Below, piece by piece: positions 51,075-61,432 of a stretch of DNA of 64,000 bases. Both the position numbers and the translations under genes were made by a program. The notes beneath the pieces were generated by a model. It searched no databases. It was not told where the DNA came from and saw only the letters and a program-made list of their open reading frames with translations. Source of the DNA: an uncultured delta proteobacterium (GTDB taxonomy: Bacteria > Myxococcota_A > UBA9160 > UBA4427); assembly GCA_963822965.1 (NCBI GenBank), contig CAWGJT010000012.1, positions 160,001-224,000 of the forward strand, written 5' to 3'. Every line of letters begins with the position of its first letter. Within the stretch, counting starts at the first letter, position 1.

Positions 51075-52400
51075 TCAGCCGAGCATCCGATAGGCCTTGA
51101 GGGCGAAGACGGCGGCCGTCATCACGAGACCGATGGCATCGTACATCGGAAACCAGACCTCGTAGCGGCGCGAGATCCAGACCTGCAGCGGGTAATAGGC
51201 GAAATACGAGGCTCCGATGCCCATGATGAGCCCCGTGGAGCCTCCGAGGTAGCCGCCGATCGCCATCAGGCTCAGGAGGACCACGCCGCGGATCGAGGTC
51301 GCGATCATGCCCACCCAGGACTCTCCCCGCGCGAGATGGATCGGACCGATGGCGCCGACCACCAGGAAGATTCCTCCGGCGCAGAGCGCCTCCAGCATCC
51401 AGCCCGCATCCACGTAGCGATCGTCGTAGAGCAGTCGGATGATGGGGTCTCCGAAGAGCACCAGCACCCAGAACGGCGGCAGCAGGGCGGCCATCGTCGC
51501 GAGGCGCACCTTGGCGACCCGTCTGCGCAGCTCGGGGGTCGTCCGCCCCTTCGCGATCTTCGAGTAGAGGGGAAAGAGCACGCGGTTCGCGACGATCGCG
51601 TTGGCCTGGGTGAGCGACCGGAACATCAGGGCGGCGATCGAGTACTGACCGAGCTCCGCCATGGAGAGGAAGTTCGCCAGGATGAGCCGGTCGCCCTGGG
51701 TCGTCAGGTAGGTGACGGCGGTGCTCACGAAGATCCATCGCCCAAATCGATAGATCGAGTGCGCGATCTCGCGATCCCAGCGCAACTTCGGACGCGGATC
51801 CGTCGAAGCGGCGTGGCTGATGATCAGTGTCACGAGGGCGGAGACGAGGCTTCCGACTACGAGCGACCAGACGGTCTGCCAGATCCATGCGACCACGATC
51901 GTCGCGAGCACGGCGATCCCGCTGCTCACGAACTCGGTGGCAGCCAGCCGGCCCATCTGCAGCTCCCGGGTCCAGCTGAAGATCGTCGTGGAGTACATCC
52001 CCGTCATGACCACCGAGAAGGCCGCCACGGGGATCAGGGCCGTCAACGTGGGCTCCCCGTAGAGGAGCGCCAACGGCCACGAGAGGATGGACGCGCAGAC
52101 CCAGAGCACCACACCGCGCGTCGCCTGGATGGTCCATGCCGTCTGGAGGAAGCGCGGATCGCGTCCGCGGTCGTCGCGGATGATGCTGGGCCCCACGCCC
52201 ACGTCGGAGAGCAGGCCGAGACCGAGGATCACCGAGTTGACGATCGCCATCACGCCGAAGGCCTCGGGGAAGAGCAGGCGCGTCGTGATCAGGTTCGAGC
52301 CGAAGTGCAGCAAGCGATTGCACGCGTACGCGCCGATGGTCCACGTGGACGCGGAGAAGAGGCGCCGGCGGAGGGGATGCGCTTCGACCGTGGCGGTCAA
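51075..52400 (-). CDS. wzx: Wzx polysaccharide flippase
   Basis: 'LITTRLLFPEAFG..SDVG..SII', 'GDRLIL..LGQYSIA'; TTG overlaps the upstream TGA. Confidence 0.85.
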   Translation of the reverse strand: MTATVEAHPLRRRLFSASTWTIGAYACNRLLHFGSNLITTRLLFPEAFGVMAIVNSVILGLGLLSDVGVGPSIIRDDRGRDPRFLQTAWTIQATRGVVLWVCASILSWPLALLYGEPTLTALIPVAAFSVVMTGMYSTTIFSWTRELQMGRLAATEFVSSGIAVLATIVVAWIWQTVWSLVVGSLVSALVTLIISHAASTDPRPKLRWDREIAHSIYRFGRWIFVSTAVTYLTTQGDRLILANFLSMAELGQYSIAALMFRSLTQANAIVANRVLFPLYSKIAKGRTTPELRRRVAKVRLATMAALLPPFWVLVLFGDPIIRLLYDDRYVDAGWMLEALCAGGIFLVVGAIGPIHLARGESWVGMIATSIRGVVLLSLMAIGGYLGGSTGLIMGIGASYFAYYPLQVWISRRYEVWFPMYDAIGLVMTAAVFALKAYRMLG

Positions 52401-53620
52401 GGATGGGCTCCCACCGGTGCCGCGTCTTCCACGTCCGTCTCCCGGACGATGATCTCCGCCGCGCGCACCTGGTCCGGGGTGCACGCCTCGGCGGAGCGCC
52501 ACTCCTCGAGCAACGCGAGGGCCTCCGGCCGGCGGGCGACGACCAGGGGCGCCAGGACCTCCGCGAGGACGTGCGGCGTCGGAACCGACCAGGGACGCGA
52601 GAGGGTCTCGGGGCTCCGGTTCCGCGGGATTCGGGCCAGCGCGCGAAGGAAGAGCCAGCCTCGCGCCGCGAGCGCCCGCGCCCCCGACCGCCGGAGCAGG
52701 GCCAGTCGCAGCCCACGGAGGCCCGAGAAGACCCCGGCCAGGAGGGTGCGGCGCGTGCGGACCTCGACGAAGCCGAGCAGGTCGAAGAGCCTCGCCGCGC
52801 GGACGTCCCACTCCGGAACGAGGTTCCACACCGAGCGGACGTACTCGATCAGCAGGCGCACCTGGGGGAAGTGGGTCCCCCCCGCGGCGTGGGGCGCATA
52901 CCAGCGGGCCTGCTCCTTCTTGGTCAGGCGCACGCGCCAGGAGTCGCTGGCGTGACGACGCGTCGACCAGAGGAGCTCGGGAATCTGCCACTGCTCGCCC
53001 AGGAGGCAGAGCTCGGCGTTCAACACCAGGTCGGCGGCGCGGTGAGCGCCGATCAGACGCGTCCTCCGAAGCGCGCTCCTGCGCATCAGACCGAAAACGA
53101 TCGCCGGGGCCGCCTGGTTCGGCAGCCGCACCTGCTCGCGATAGTCGAGCACGCGAATCTCACGCTCCCCCAGCATGCGCCGGCGTTCCGGCCGGAAGGT
53201 GCAGTCGCGAAGCCACGCGCCCGTCGGGTCGATGAAGCGTCGTCGGGGAAAGACGTTCACCACCTCTTCGGGCGCCTGGTCGTAGCTCGAGACGCAGAGC
53301 TCCAGAAAGCGGGGATCGATGAGGTCGTCCGCGGCGATCCACTTGAAGAGCTCGCCGCTCGTCCGGCGGAAGGCCTGGTTGAAGTTCTCGGAGGCACCGA
53401 GATTCCGGTCGTGCCTCTCGTATCGCGCGAAGGCATGTCCGGCCACGAAGCCCCGAGCGATCTCCTCGGTCCGATCCGTCGACGCGTTGTCGAGGATCAG
53501 GAGCTCGAAGTCGCGGTAGGTCTGGCGCGCGATGCTGTCGAGGGCGCTGGTCAGGAAGGCTTCGCCATTGAAGACGGGGAGGCCCAGGCTGACACGAGGA
53601 TCGGACCCATTCGGTCGCAC
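52397..53620 (-). CDS. Glycosyltransferase family 2
   Basis: GLPVFNGE, DNASTD, WIAADD; start placed at GTG 53620 behind GGGAG. Confidence 0.85.
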   Translation of the reverse strand: MRPNGSDPRVSLGLPVFNGEAFLTSALDSIARQTYRDFELLILDNASTDRTEEIARGFVAGHAFARYERHDRNLGASENFNQAFRRTSGELFKWIAADDLIDPRFLELCVSSYDQAPEEVVNVFPRRRFIDPTGAWLRDCTFRPERRRMLGEREIRVLDYREQVRLPNQAAPAIVFGLMRRSALRRTRLIGAHRAADLVLNAELCLLGEQWQIPELLWSTRRHASDSWRVRLTKKEQARWYAPHAAGGTHFPQVRLLIEYVRSVWNLVPEWDVRAARLFDLLGFVEVRTRRTLLAGVFSGLRGLRLALLRRSGARALAARGWLFLRALARIPRNRSPETLSRPWSVPTPHVLAEVLAPLVVARRPEALALLEEWRSAEACTPDQVRAAEIIVRETDVEDAAPVGAHP

Positions 53621-53809
53621 GACGAACGCTCTCCCTGGCGCGCGGGCCAGCTTAGAGAATCCGGCCACCGCTTCAATGGCGACGGACTGCCTCGGCTCCC
53701 CTACCCACGCGCTCCGAGGCACACGAGGGCTGCATGGGCACTCTTCGGTGCGAACCGGGTCCGACTTGTGTTCCAACGGGAGCGGAGGAGATGCACCCGG
53801 AAGCGATCG

Positions 53810-54949
53810 CTATCCGTCCCAGCCGAGGATCTCGAGGATCCGGGTCGCGATCCGGCGGTCGGCGCCGTCCGCGTCGTTCGGGCTCCACCGGGACGCCGCG
53901 CCGAGCACCTCCTCGAGCACGTGCGTCCAGCGACCGTGGAAGAAGTCCTCGAGCGACATCACTCCGGACGGTCCGTATCGCGCCAGCGCCTGCCGAAGGG
54001 TGTCGGTCTCGCGGAAGCCAGGACGATCGATGGTGACGAGGGGTGTGCGGTGCGTGACGCATTCGGAGGCGATGCCGTAGCCCGGCTTGGCGAGCACCAC
54101 GTCCGAAGCGGCGACCAGGTCCGGGAAGCGCAGGGGGCTCGGAAGCGCGTGCGGGAGGCTCCGGTCCCGGGGGCCGAGCTCGATCGGCAGGTCCCCGACG
54201 ACGATCCGGTCGAAGCCACGCGTGTCGGCCCGGATCCAGCCCCAGCCCTCCGGGTCCCAGCCCCCCGGACAGACGAGCGCCACGGGCCTCCGGCGATCCC
54301 GATCCATCGCCAGCCGGCGGAAGACCTCCTCGGCGGAGAGCTCCGCCCGCCGGCTGACCAGCGGCCCCGGCTCGTTCGACGGGCAGACGCTCCCTCCCGG
54401 TCCGAAGGGAAGCACGATGTGGTGCCGCGCACGCCGATACTCGTCGCGCAGCCGATCGACCATTTCCTCCGCCGGGGTTCCCCGAAGAATGGGCTCGAGA
54501 ATCCAGTCCCAGGTGAAGTTGCTCACCAGGATCGCCGGCACGCCCAGGTCCGACGCCGCCCGAACCGCCACGCCCGGAACGTCGCAGATCAGCGCGTCGC
54601 AGCCCGATTGCCGGATGGCCGCTCGTTCCTCGGCGAGCGCGGACTCCCGTTGGTCGAGCACGGCGCGGTAGAGGTCCACCGTCCGCGCCACATCCAGCTC
54701 GAAGCAGCTCCGCTGTGCCGTCCCGGGCTCGTAGGAGGCCGAGCGGTGGCGAAACGGCCCCCGGAAGTCGGCGGCGACCCGATCCCGATCGATGGCCGTC
54801 CAGAACTCGAGGTCGACGCTCGGCGCGAGCTCGCACAGGGCGCTCGCGATCTGGCAGCTTCGGGTCAGGTGACCCAGCCCATGCGCCGTCACCGCATAGG
54901 CGACCCGCCTCCGCCGATCCGTCCCTTCGTCAGCTGCTAGAGCGTGCAG
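53810..54949 (-). CDS. GT-B protein resembling the N-terminal domain of plant L-arabinokinase
   Basis: 'YAVTAHGLGHLTR', 'SNFTWDWI', 'DVVLAKPGYG..SE'; start uncertain (CTG 54949 or GTG 54892). Confidence 0.65.
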   Translation of the reverse strand: MHALAADEGTDRRRRVAYAVTAHGLGHLTRSCQIASALCELAPSVDLEFWTAIDRDRVAADFRGPFRHRSASYEPGTAQRSCFELDVARTVDLYRAVLDQRESALAEERAAIRQSGCDALICDVPGVAVRAASDLGVPAILVSNFTWDWILEPILRGTPAEEMVDRLRDEYRRARHHIVLPFGPGGSVCPSNEPGPLVSRRAELSAEEVFRRLAMDRDRRRPVALVCPGGWDPEGWGWIRADTRGFDRIVVGDLPIELGPRDRSLPHALPSPLRFPDLVAASDVVLAKPGYGIASECVTHRTPLVTIDRPGFRETDTLRQALARYGPSGVMSLEDFFHGRWTHVLEEVLGAASRWSPNDADGADRRIATRILEILGWDG

Positions 54950-56109
54950 ACCTCCGCCTCCACCCCCAGGTGGGCGAGCTCTCGACCGATCTCATCGCGG
55001 TAGATCGGGTTCATCACGATCACCGCCCCCGGTCGAAGCCGGCGAAGGTCGCTTCCGGCAATGATGGGATGTCCCGTCCCCGCCTGGAAGGCCCCCTGCT
55101 TCGCGGGGTTGATGTCCACGATGGCCGACACCCGGTCCGCACCGCCGAGCGCGGTGAGAAAGCCCACCGCCTTCGAGCCGGCGCCCCAGAGCACGACGCG
55201 CGCGCCGCGCGAGCGCCAGCGGTCGAGCCGCGCGCTCCACTCCGCGAGGGTGGCGGACACCCGGCGCCCGAAGTCCCGAGCCTCCCGCACCACCTCGCGC
55301 ACGCCCTCGTCCGGCCGCGTTGCCCCGTGCGCGCGCGCGGCCTCTCCCGCGACGGCCTCGGCCATCAGGTACTGGTCCTGGTAGCCGACCCGCATCCGCT
55401 CGACCCGGAATCCACAGCCGGAGAGCAGCGTCTCGAGAGACGGCCGCGAAAAGTAGGAGGCGTGTTCGTAGTACACGTCCCAGAAGGCGGACTCGCGGAG
55501 GATGCGCAGCGACTCCGGAACCTCCACGTAGATCGGCACGCCTCGGGGAAGATTCGCCGCCAGGAGCCCGACGAAGCCGCGCACGTCGCCGATGTGCTCG
55601 AGGGTGTGACGGATGAAGACGAAGTCCGCCGCGAGATCGGCGTGCGCCCGGCCGTAGAGCTCGGCCCGGAACTCGACCCGGCCGCCTTCCACCTCCTCGA
55701 CCGGCGATCCCCGATAGGCTGGATCGAAGCCCAGCCCGGTGTTTCCACCCGCAGCGCAGAGCCGCCGCAGGAAATCCCCCTGCCCGCAGCCGACCTCGAG
55801 GATGCGCCTGCCCCGAAGCGAATGGGTCTTCACGAGGTGGTCGACCAGCTCGTCGGCGAACGTCCGAAAGAGCGCGGAATGCCCCTGCCCGTCCTCGTAG
55901 CTGGCGCTGTAGTCCACCAGGGCGGGCTCCCAGGCGGAGTTCTGGATGAACGCGCAGGACTCGCAGACCTCGAGGGCGAGGCGGCCGACCTTCTGGCCCA
56001 GCGCCTCCTCGGGCGACGCGTAGAGCAGGTTGCTGTGGACGGGCACCGCCGTCACCTCGAAGAACGAGGTGGTCTCGGCGGAGCCGCACGCACGGCAGGG
56101 CGCGATCAC
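54937..56109 (-). CDS. Zn-finger class I methyltransferase (NDP-sugar C-methyltransferase-like)
   Basis: CRAC...CESC, LEVGCGQG, YYEH, WGAGSK, DINPAKQG. Confidence 0.8.
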   Translation of the reverse strand: MIAPCRACGSAETTSFFEVTAVPVHSNLLYASPEEALGQKVGRLALEVCESCAFIQNSAWEPALVDYSASYEDGQGHSALFRTFADELVDHLVKTHSLRGRRILEVGCGQGDFLRRLCAAGGNTGLGFDPAYRGSPVEEVEGGRVEFRAELYGRAHADLAADFVFIRHTLEHIGDVRGFVGLLAANLPRGVPIYVEVPESLRILRESAFWDVYYEHASYFSRPSLETLLSGCGFRVERMRVGYQDQYLMAEAVAGEAARAHGATRPDEGVREVVREARDFGRRVSATLAEWSARLDRWRSRGARVVLWGAGSKAVGFLTALGGADRVSAIVDINPAKQGAFQAGTGHPIIAGSDLRRLRPGAVIVMNPIYRDEIGRELAHLGVEAEVCTL

Positions 56110-57143
56110 GCGCGCGTCGGAACGATGGGCCGCAGGTCCTCGTCCAGCGTTCCCGCCCGCTGCCGCGCCCGGATCGTCTTGATCCGGTAGAAGGGATCGC
56201 CGAGGAACTGCTCTTCGGTGAGGTTCATCGCGCGATACGCCTCGTAGAGCTGTTCCGCGCCCTTTCGGACCGTCCACTGCGGATCGAATCCCGGGAGCCC
56301 CTTCTCGATCTTCTCGAAGCTGACGCGATAGTTCCGGGCGTCGGGGCTCGCGCCCTCGGCGAACGAGAGCTCGCAGTCGGGCACCACCTCCGCGACCGTC
56401 TCGGCCACCTCCCGGATGCGATAGTTCTCCGCGGTGCGCCCCACGTTGAAGGCCTGGTCGTGGACGATCTCCCGGGGTGCGGCCAGCACGGCCTCGAAGG
56501 CCCGGCAGAGGTCCTCGACGTGGACCAACGGGCGCCAGGGCGACCCGTCGCTCTTCATCAGCACCTGGCCGGTGGTGTACGCGTAGCCCACCAGGTTGTT
56601 CACGACGAGGTCGGCCCGCAGGCGGGGCGAGAGCCCGTAGACCGTCGCGTTCCGCAGATAGGTGGGACTGAACTCGTCGTCCGCGAGACGGGTGATGTCC
56701 TGCTCCGTCAGGATCTTCGACTCCCCATACGGCGTCTGCGGATTGAAGGCGGCGTTCTCGTCCAACGCCTCGTCGCCCGCCGCGCCGTAGAGGCTGCAGG
56801 AGGAGGAGAAGAGGAACCGCTCCACACCCGCTTCCTTGGCCATCTGCGCGACCCGGACCGACGCGTGATGGTTGATGTCGTAGGTCATCTGGGGGTTGAG
56901 ATCCCCCAGCGGATCGTTCGAGAGAGCCGCCAGGTGGATGACGGCGTCGACCCCCTCGAAGTGGCGTCGCTCGGCGTCGCGCACGTCGACCGCGATCGTG
57001 GGGACCTCCAGGGGGGCGGGGCCGAAGTCGCAGCCCACGTAGAGCCCGCTGTCCATCCCGATCACCTCGTGACCCCGGTCGAGGAGGCGCGGCACCATGA
57101 TCGCGCCGATGTAGCCCTGATGCCCGGTCACCAATACCTTCAT
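56106..57143 (-). CDS. NAD-dependent NDP-sugar epimerase/dehydratase/reductase
   Basis: TGHQGYIG, SNDPLG, YGESK, LRNAT. Confidence 0.88.
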   Translation of the reverse strand: MKVLVTGHQGYIGAIMVPRLLDRGHEVIGMDSGLYVGCDFGPAPLEVPTIAVDVRDAERRHFEGVDAVIHLAALSNDPLGDLNPQMTYDINHHASVRVAQMAKEAGVERFLFSSSCSLYGAAGDEALDENAAFNPQTPYGESKILTEQDITRLADDEFSPTYLRNATVYGLSPRLRADLVVNNLVGYAYTTGQVLMKSDGSPWRPLVHVEDLCRAFEAVLAAPREIVHDQAFNVGRTAENYRIREVAETVAEVVPDCELSFAEGASPDARNYRVSFEKIEKGLPGFDPQWTVRKGAEQLYEAYRAMNLTEEQFLGDPFYRIKTIRARQRAGTLDEDLRPIVPTRA

Positions 57144-57230
57144 GCGAGACTCCAATCCAGAATGTAGAAGGACGCCGACGGACTCTCCGGATCCGTTCGT
57201 CGCGGCAGGCCGACCCGTCCCGGGTCGGCC

Positions 57231-57890
57231 TCAGCCCAGCAGCGTCACCTTTCGCGCGTAGAACGCCTCCGCGTACCCGCCCTCCGACCTCGCCTCGATC
57301 CCGCGCAGGCGCATGAGGCCGCGGAAGGTCTCGTCGGTGAACCAGTACCGCTCCCGTTGGCTGGCGAAGCACTTGAGGAGCGCCTCGATCTTCCGGTTCA
57401 CGACGTCCCGGGAGAGCGGGACGAAGAGATTGGGAATTCCGAGGTCGCCGTCGAACTTCGGGATCTCGTACTCCAGCACGACGTGGTCCCGGAACGAGTT
57501 CCAGGTGAGGTCGGAGACCACCCGATGATCCTGATGCCGGTCTTCCCGGTAGTGGGTGAAGACCACGTCGGGCTGGCAGCGGGCCTTTACGGCCTCCATG
57601 CGCTCCTTCAGCTCGGTGGTCTGCGAGGGAAAGTGGCTCTCCCGGTACGCGTCGATCTGGACGGTCCGCCGGACCTCCGTTCCGAGCAGCTGCTCCGCGC
57701 AGGACTTCGTCTCCCTCGCCCGCTCGGGGTCCGAGGCGAAGGTGACCCAGTGGAACTCCGCGTCCGGATACGTCTCCGTCAGCCGGAGGAGGGTGCCACC
57801 GCATCCGATCTCGATGTCGTCGCAATGCGCGCCGAGGAAGAGGAAGCGCGTCGGTCGTCCCGGACCCTGGAGATCGAAGCCGAGCATCAT
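57231..57890 (-). CDS. PIG-L/LmbE family deacetylase-like protein
   Basis: AHCDDIEIG and HQDH metal motifs. Confidence 0.88.
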   Translation of the reverse strand: MMLGFDLQGPGRPTRFLFLGAHCDDIEIGCGGTLLRLTETYPDAEFHWVTFASDPERARETKSCAEQLLGTEVRRTVQIDAYRESHFPSQTTELKERMEAVKARCQPDVVFTHYREDRHQDHRVVSDLTWNSFRDHVVLEYEIPKFDGDLGIPNLFVPLSRDVVNRKIEALLKCFASQRERYWFTDETFRGLMRLRGIEARSEGGYAEAFYARKVTLLG

Positions 57891-57896
57891 GGATCC

Positions 57897-58685
57897 TCAG
57901 CGCCGCTCGGCGCGCTTCCAGACCTCCCACGGCGCGTCGCCGCGGGCGTACATCTCGTCGAGCACCTGCTTGTCCTTGAACGTGTCCATGCTCGTCCAGA
58001 AGCCGTCGTAGGGGTGGGCCAGGAGCTTCCGCTTCGCGATCAGCCGCTGGAAGGGCTGCTCGACGAGCTCCTCCCCCTTCTCCATGTAGTCGAAGATCTC
58101 GCCGCGGAAGGCGAAATAGCCGCCGTTGATCCGGACGTTGGACCCCCGGATGTCCTCGATCGAGCTCACGACGTTGTCGGCGTCGGTGTTGACGACGTGG
58201 AAGGTCTGGTTCGGCCGCACCGAGACGAAGCTCGCGACCATGTTCTGCTGCTCGAGGCCGGAGATCAGGCCCGGGAGGGGCAGGTCCGTCAGGCCGTCGC
58301 TGTAGTTCGCGAGGAAGATCTCCTCACCCTCGAGGTGCTCTCGCACCTCCATCAGCCGCTCCCCGATGTTCGCGCTCATGCCCGTGTCCACGAGCGTGAT
58401 CGTCCAGTCCTGGATGTCCGTGGAGAGCAGCTGCGGGCTCGCCTCGTTTCCCCGCAGCACGAAGTCGTTCGACAGGCACTCGTCGTAGTTCAGGAAGTAC
58501 TGCTTGATGACGTCGGCCTTGAACCCCAGGCAGAGGATGAAGTCCTTGTGCCCGAAGGCCGCGTAGTACTTCATGACGTGCCACAGGATGGGTCGGTATC
58601 CGATCGGCACCATCGGCTTGGGAATCTGGTCCGAGTACTCCCGGATCCGCATCCCCTGCCCGCCGCAGAACAGGACGACCTTCAC
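57897..58685 (-). CDS. rfbF: Glucose-1-phosphate cytidylyltransferase
   Basis: CGGQGMR..PKPM, LCLG.K, NGGYF, FW..MDT.KD. Confidence 0.85.
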   Translation of the reverse strand: MKVVLFCGGQGMRIREYSDQIPKPMVPIGYRPILWHVMKYYAAFGHKDFILCLGFKADVIKQYFLNYDECLSNDFVLRGNEASPQLLSTDIQDWTITLVDTGMSANIGERLMEVREHLEGEEIFLANYSDGLTDLPLPGLISGLEQQNMVASFVSVRPNQTFHVVNTDADNVVSSIEDIRGSNVRINGGYFAFRGEIFDYMEKGEELVEQPFQRLIAKRKLLAHPYDGFWTSMDTFKDKQVLDEMYARGDAPWEVWKRAERR

Positions 58686-58716
58686 GTCTCGACCCTCCCC
58701 TCGTCCGATTCCGACT

Positions 58717-59972
58717 TCACGACAGGACCTGGACCCGGGGAATCGGAACGACGAACTTCGCGCCCCATTCGCGGGCGTGCGCCAGCTGCTCGACGATCTC
58801 GTCCTTGAGGTTCCAAGGCAGGATCAGGATGTAGTCGGGCTTCTCCTCGTCGATCTTCTCGGGCGGATGGATCGGGATGTGGGTCCCGGGGGTGTACCGC
58901 CCGTGCTTGTAGGGATTGCGATCGACGGTGAAGTCGAGGAAGTCGCGGCGGATGCCGCAGTAGTTCAGCATCGTGTTGCCCTTGCCCGGCGCCCCGTAGC
59001 CCGCGATCCGCTTCCCTTCGCGCTTCGCCGCGATGAGGAACTCCAGCAGGGCCCGCTTGGTCTCGCGCGCCTGCTCCGCGAAGCTCCGGTAGGTCTCGAT
59101 GCGGTCGATTCCGAAGGCCTCCTCTTTGCCGCGGAGCTGCTCGAGGCGCTCGGTGGGCTCGTGGGACGCGTCCCGGAGGGTTCCGTACACGCGGATCGAG
59201 CCACCGTGGGTCCACAGCTCCTCGACGTCGAAGACCCGGAGTCCGTGGTGCGCGAAGATCTTCTCCAGCGTGTGGAGCGAGAAGTAGGAGAAGTGCTCGT
59301 GGTAGATCTGGTCGAACTGGTTCTCCTCCATCGTGCGCAGCAGATGGGGGAACTCGATCGTGACCACGCCCTCGGGCTTCAGGACCAGCCGGATTCCGGA
59401 GACGAACGAATTCAGGTCCGGCACCTGGGCGAGAACGTTGTTGGCGACGACGAGGTCCGCCTGGAGCCCTTCGTTGCGCAGGGTCTTCGCGTACTCCTCG
59501 CTGAAGAACTCGACCCGGGTCGGGACGTTCCTCTCCTCCGCCACCTTCGCCACGTTGGCGGCCGGCTCGATGCCCAGGGCGGGAATGCCGGCCTCGACGA
59601 AGTTCGTGAGCAGGTAGCCGTCGTTGCTCGCCAGCTCGATCACCTGGCTCCGAGGCCCCAGCTTCCAGCGCGCGATCTGCGCTTCCGAGTAGACCCGCGC
59701 GTGCTCGAGCCAGGCCGACGAATACGACGAGAAGTAGGCGTACTCGCCGAAGATCTCCTCGGGACTGACGTACTCCTCGAGCTGGACGAGGAAGCACTCC
59801 CCGCACACCCAGGCGTGGAGGGGATAGAAGACCTCCCCCTGGTTCAGCGCGTCGGCCGGGAGGAAGCTCTCGCAGGGGGGGAGGAGCCGAGGTCCGCGAA
59901 GCTCTCGGACAGCGGGGCGCCGCAGAATCGGCAGCCGGCCGGATCTCCCTCTCGCACGTTCGATGCACTCAT
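58717..59972 (-). CDS. NDP-hexose C-methyltransferase with a -1 frameshift in the G7 tract 59875-59881
   Basis: CRFC..DLGSSP / CESFL..CGECFLVQL, ELASNDGYLL, IYHEH, YGAPGKGNT; length 1256 = 3n+2. Confidence 0.85.
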
Positions 59973-59998
59973 CCTGCTCTTCCTCACGCTGCTCTGGT

Positions 59999-61189
59999 TC
60001 ACGTCCCCTGGGAGACGTCGATGATCTGCGGCTTCAGCCCCATCCCGTGGAGCTGGGACGCGATCTCCTCGCGGTAGACCGGATTCATGACCACGACCAC
60101 GTCCGGTGGATCGGTCAGCAGCCACTCGGGGCTGACGATTTCCTGGCCCCCGCCGGCGAGAAAGCTCCCCTGCTTGCCGGGGTTGATGTCGACGACCTGC
60201 CGGATGCAGTCGGCTTCGCGAACCAGGCTGATGAAGGAGACGGCCTTGGCGCCCCCGCCCCACAGGACGACGCGCTGGTCCTTCTGCCGCAGCTCGTGGA
60301 TGCGCGCGTTCCAGGCGTCGCGCATGCGAGCGAACTCCTGCGCGTACCCGTCGACGAGCGCCGCCAGCGTCGGATCGAGACGGGGCTCGGGCAGCGAGGA
60401 CGCATTCCAGGACGGGTCGATCCGCGCCTCGACCGCTGCGAACTGCCCGTAGTAGCAGTCGTGCACGTCGAGGACCTCGAACCCGGCGGCCCGGAAGGCG
60501 TACTCCAGCGAGCTCGGAACGAAGTAGCTGGTGTGCTCGTAGATGACGTCCCAGATCGAACGCTCGCGCAGCGCCAGGTGTGCGTTGGGCACCTCGAAGT
60601 AGAGCACCGTCTCGGGCCGGCCCTCGAGGTTCCGTCGCACCAGGCGCAGGAGCTCGGCGGGCGCGTCGAGATGCTCGAGCATGTGCCGGCAGCAGATCAG
60701 GTCGACTTGCCGCTCCGCCTCGCGTTCGGTGTAGTAGCCGGTGATGACCCGGGCCCGGGTGCCCAGGAGCGGATCGGCGCGACCCGGCTCGTGGCTCGGA
60801 TCGAAGCCCGTTCCCCGGTTGTCTCCCAGCTCGCAGAGCAGCCCCAGGAATCGCCCGCTTCCGGCGCCGATCTCGATGACGTCCCGGTCGCGGACGTCGT
60901 ATCGCTCGATCAGACGCTCGCACAGCGCGCGCTCGTAGGCCTGGAAGGTCGGCGAGAAGCCCAGCGCGTTGTCGTACTTCAGGCTGTAGTCGATGAGGTC
61001 CTCGTCGAAGGCCTCGTTGTGGATGAACCCGCAACGCCGGCAGAAGGCCAGCCGGATGTCACCCCGGGGACAGGCCGCGGCGGCCTCGGCGTCCGGCCAG
61101 ACGACCCCCACGTGCACCGGAACCTCGTCGATCTCGAGGAAGACCTCGAACGAGTCGGAGCTGCAGATCGGACATCGTCGAACGGTCAT
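59999..61189 (-). CDS. Zn-finger class I methyltransferase (paralog of 54937-56109)
   Basis: CPIC...CRRC, IEIGAGSG, IYEH, WGGGAK, DINPGKQG. Confidence 0.8.
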   Translation of the reverse strand: MTVRRCPICSSDSFEVFLEIDEVPVHVGVVWPDAEAAAACPRGDIRLAFCRRCGFIHNEAFDEDLIDYSLKYDNALGFSPTFQAYERALCERLIERYDVRDRDVIEIGAGSGRFLGLLCELGDNRGTGFDPSHEPGRADPLLGTRARVITGYYTEREAERQVDLICCRHMLEHLDAPAELLRLVRRNLEGRPETVLYFEVPNAHLALRERSIWDVIYEHTSYFVPSSLEYAFRAAGFEVLDVHDCYYGQFAAVEARIDPSWNASSLPEPRLDPTLAALVDGYAQEFARMRDAWNARIHELRQKDQRVVLWGGGAKAVSFISLVREADCIRQVVDINPGKQGSFLAGGGQEIVSPEWLLTDPPDVVVVMNPVYREEIASQLHGMGLKPQIIDVSQGT

Positions 61190-61432
61190 GATTCGGATCT
61201 TCCTTGCCCAGGGCGCACCAGAGAGTCCTTCGTGTGTGTCCCAGCGGCCAGCAGCGTGACGCCCTTTCGGTGGAATTCGCGGCGCGGACGCGACAGGAGG
61301 CACAGGATCCGACCCACCGCCCTGCTCCGCTGCGGATCCCTGCGGGGACTCAACAGGCACCCGTGGCGAACAGGGTAGGACACCCGAGCGCCGTTCCCCC
61401 TGGAGACCCCGGAGTGGGCGCCCGGCGAAGCC

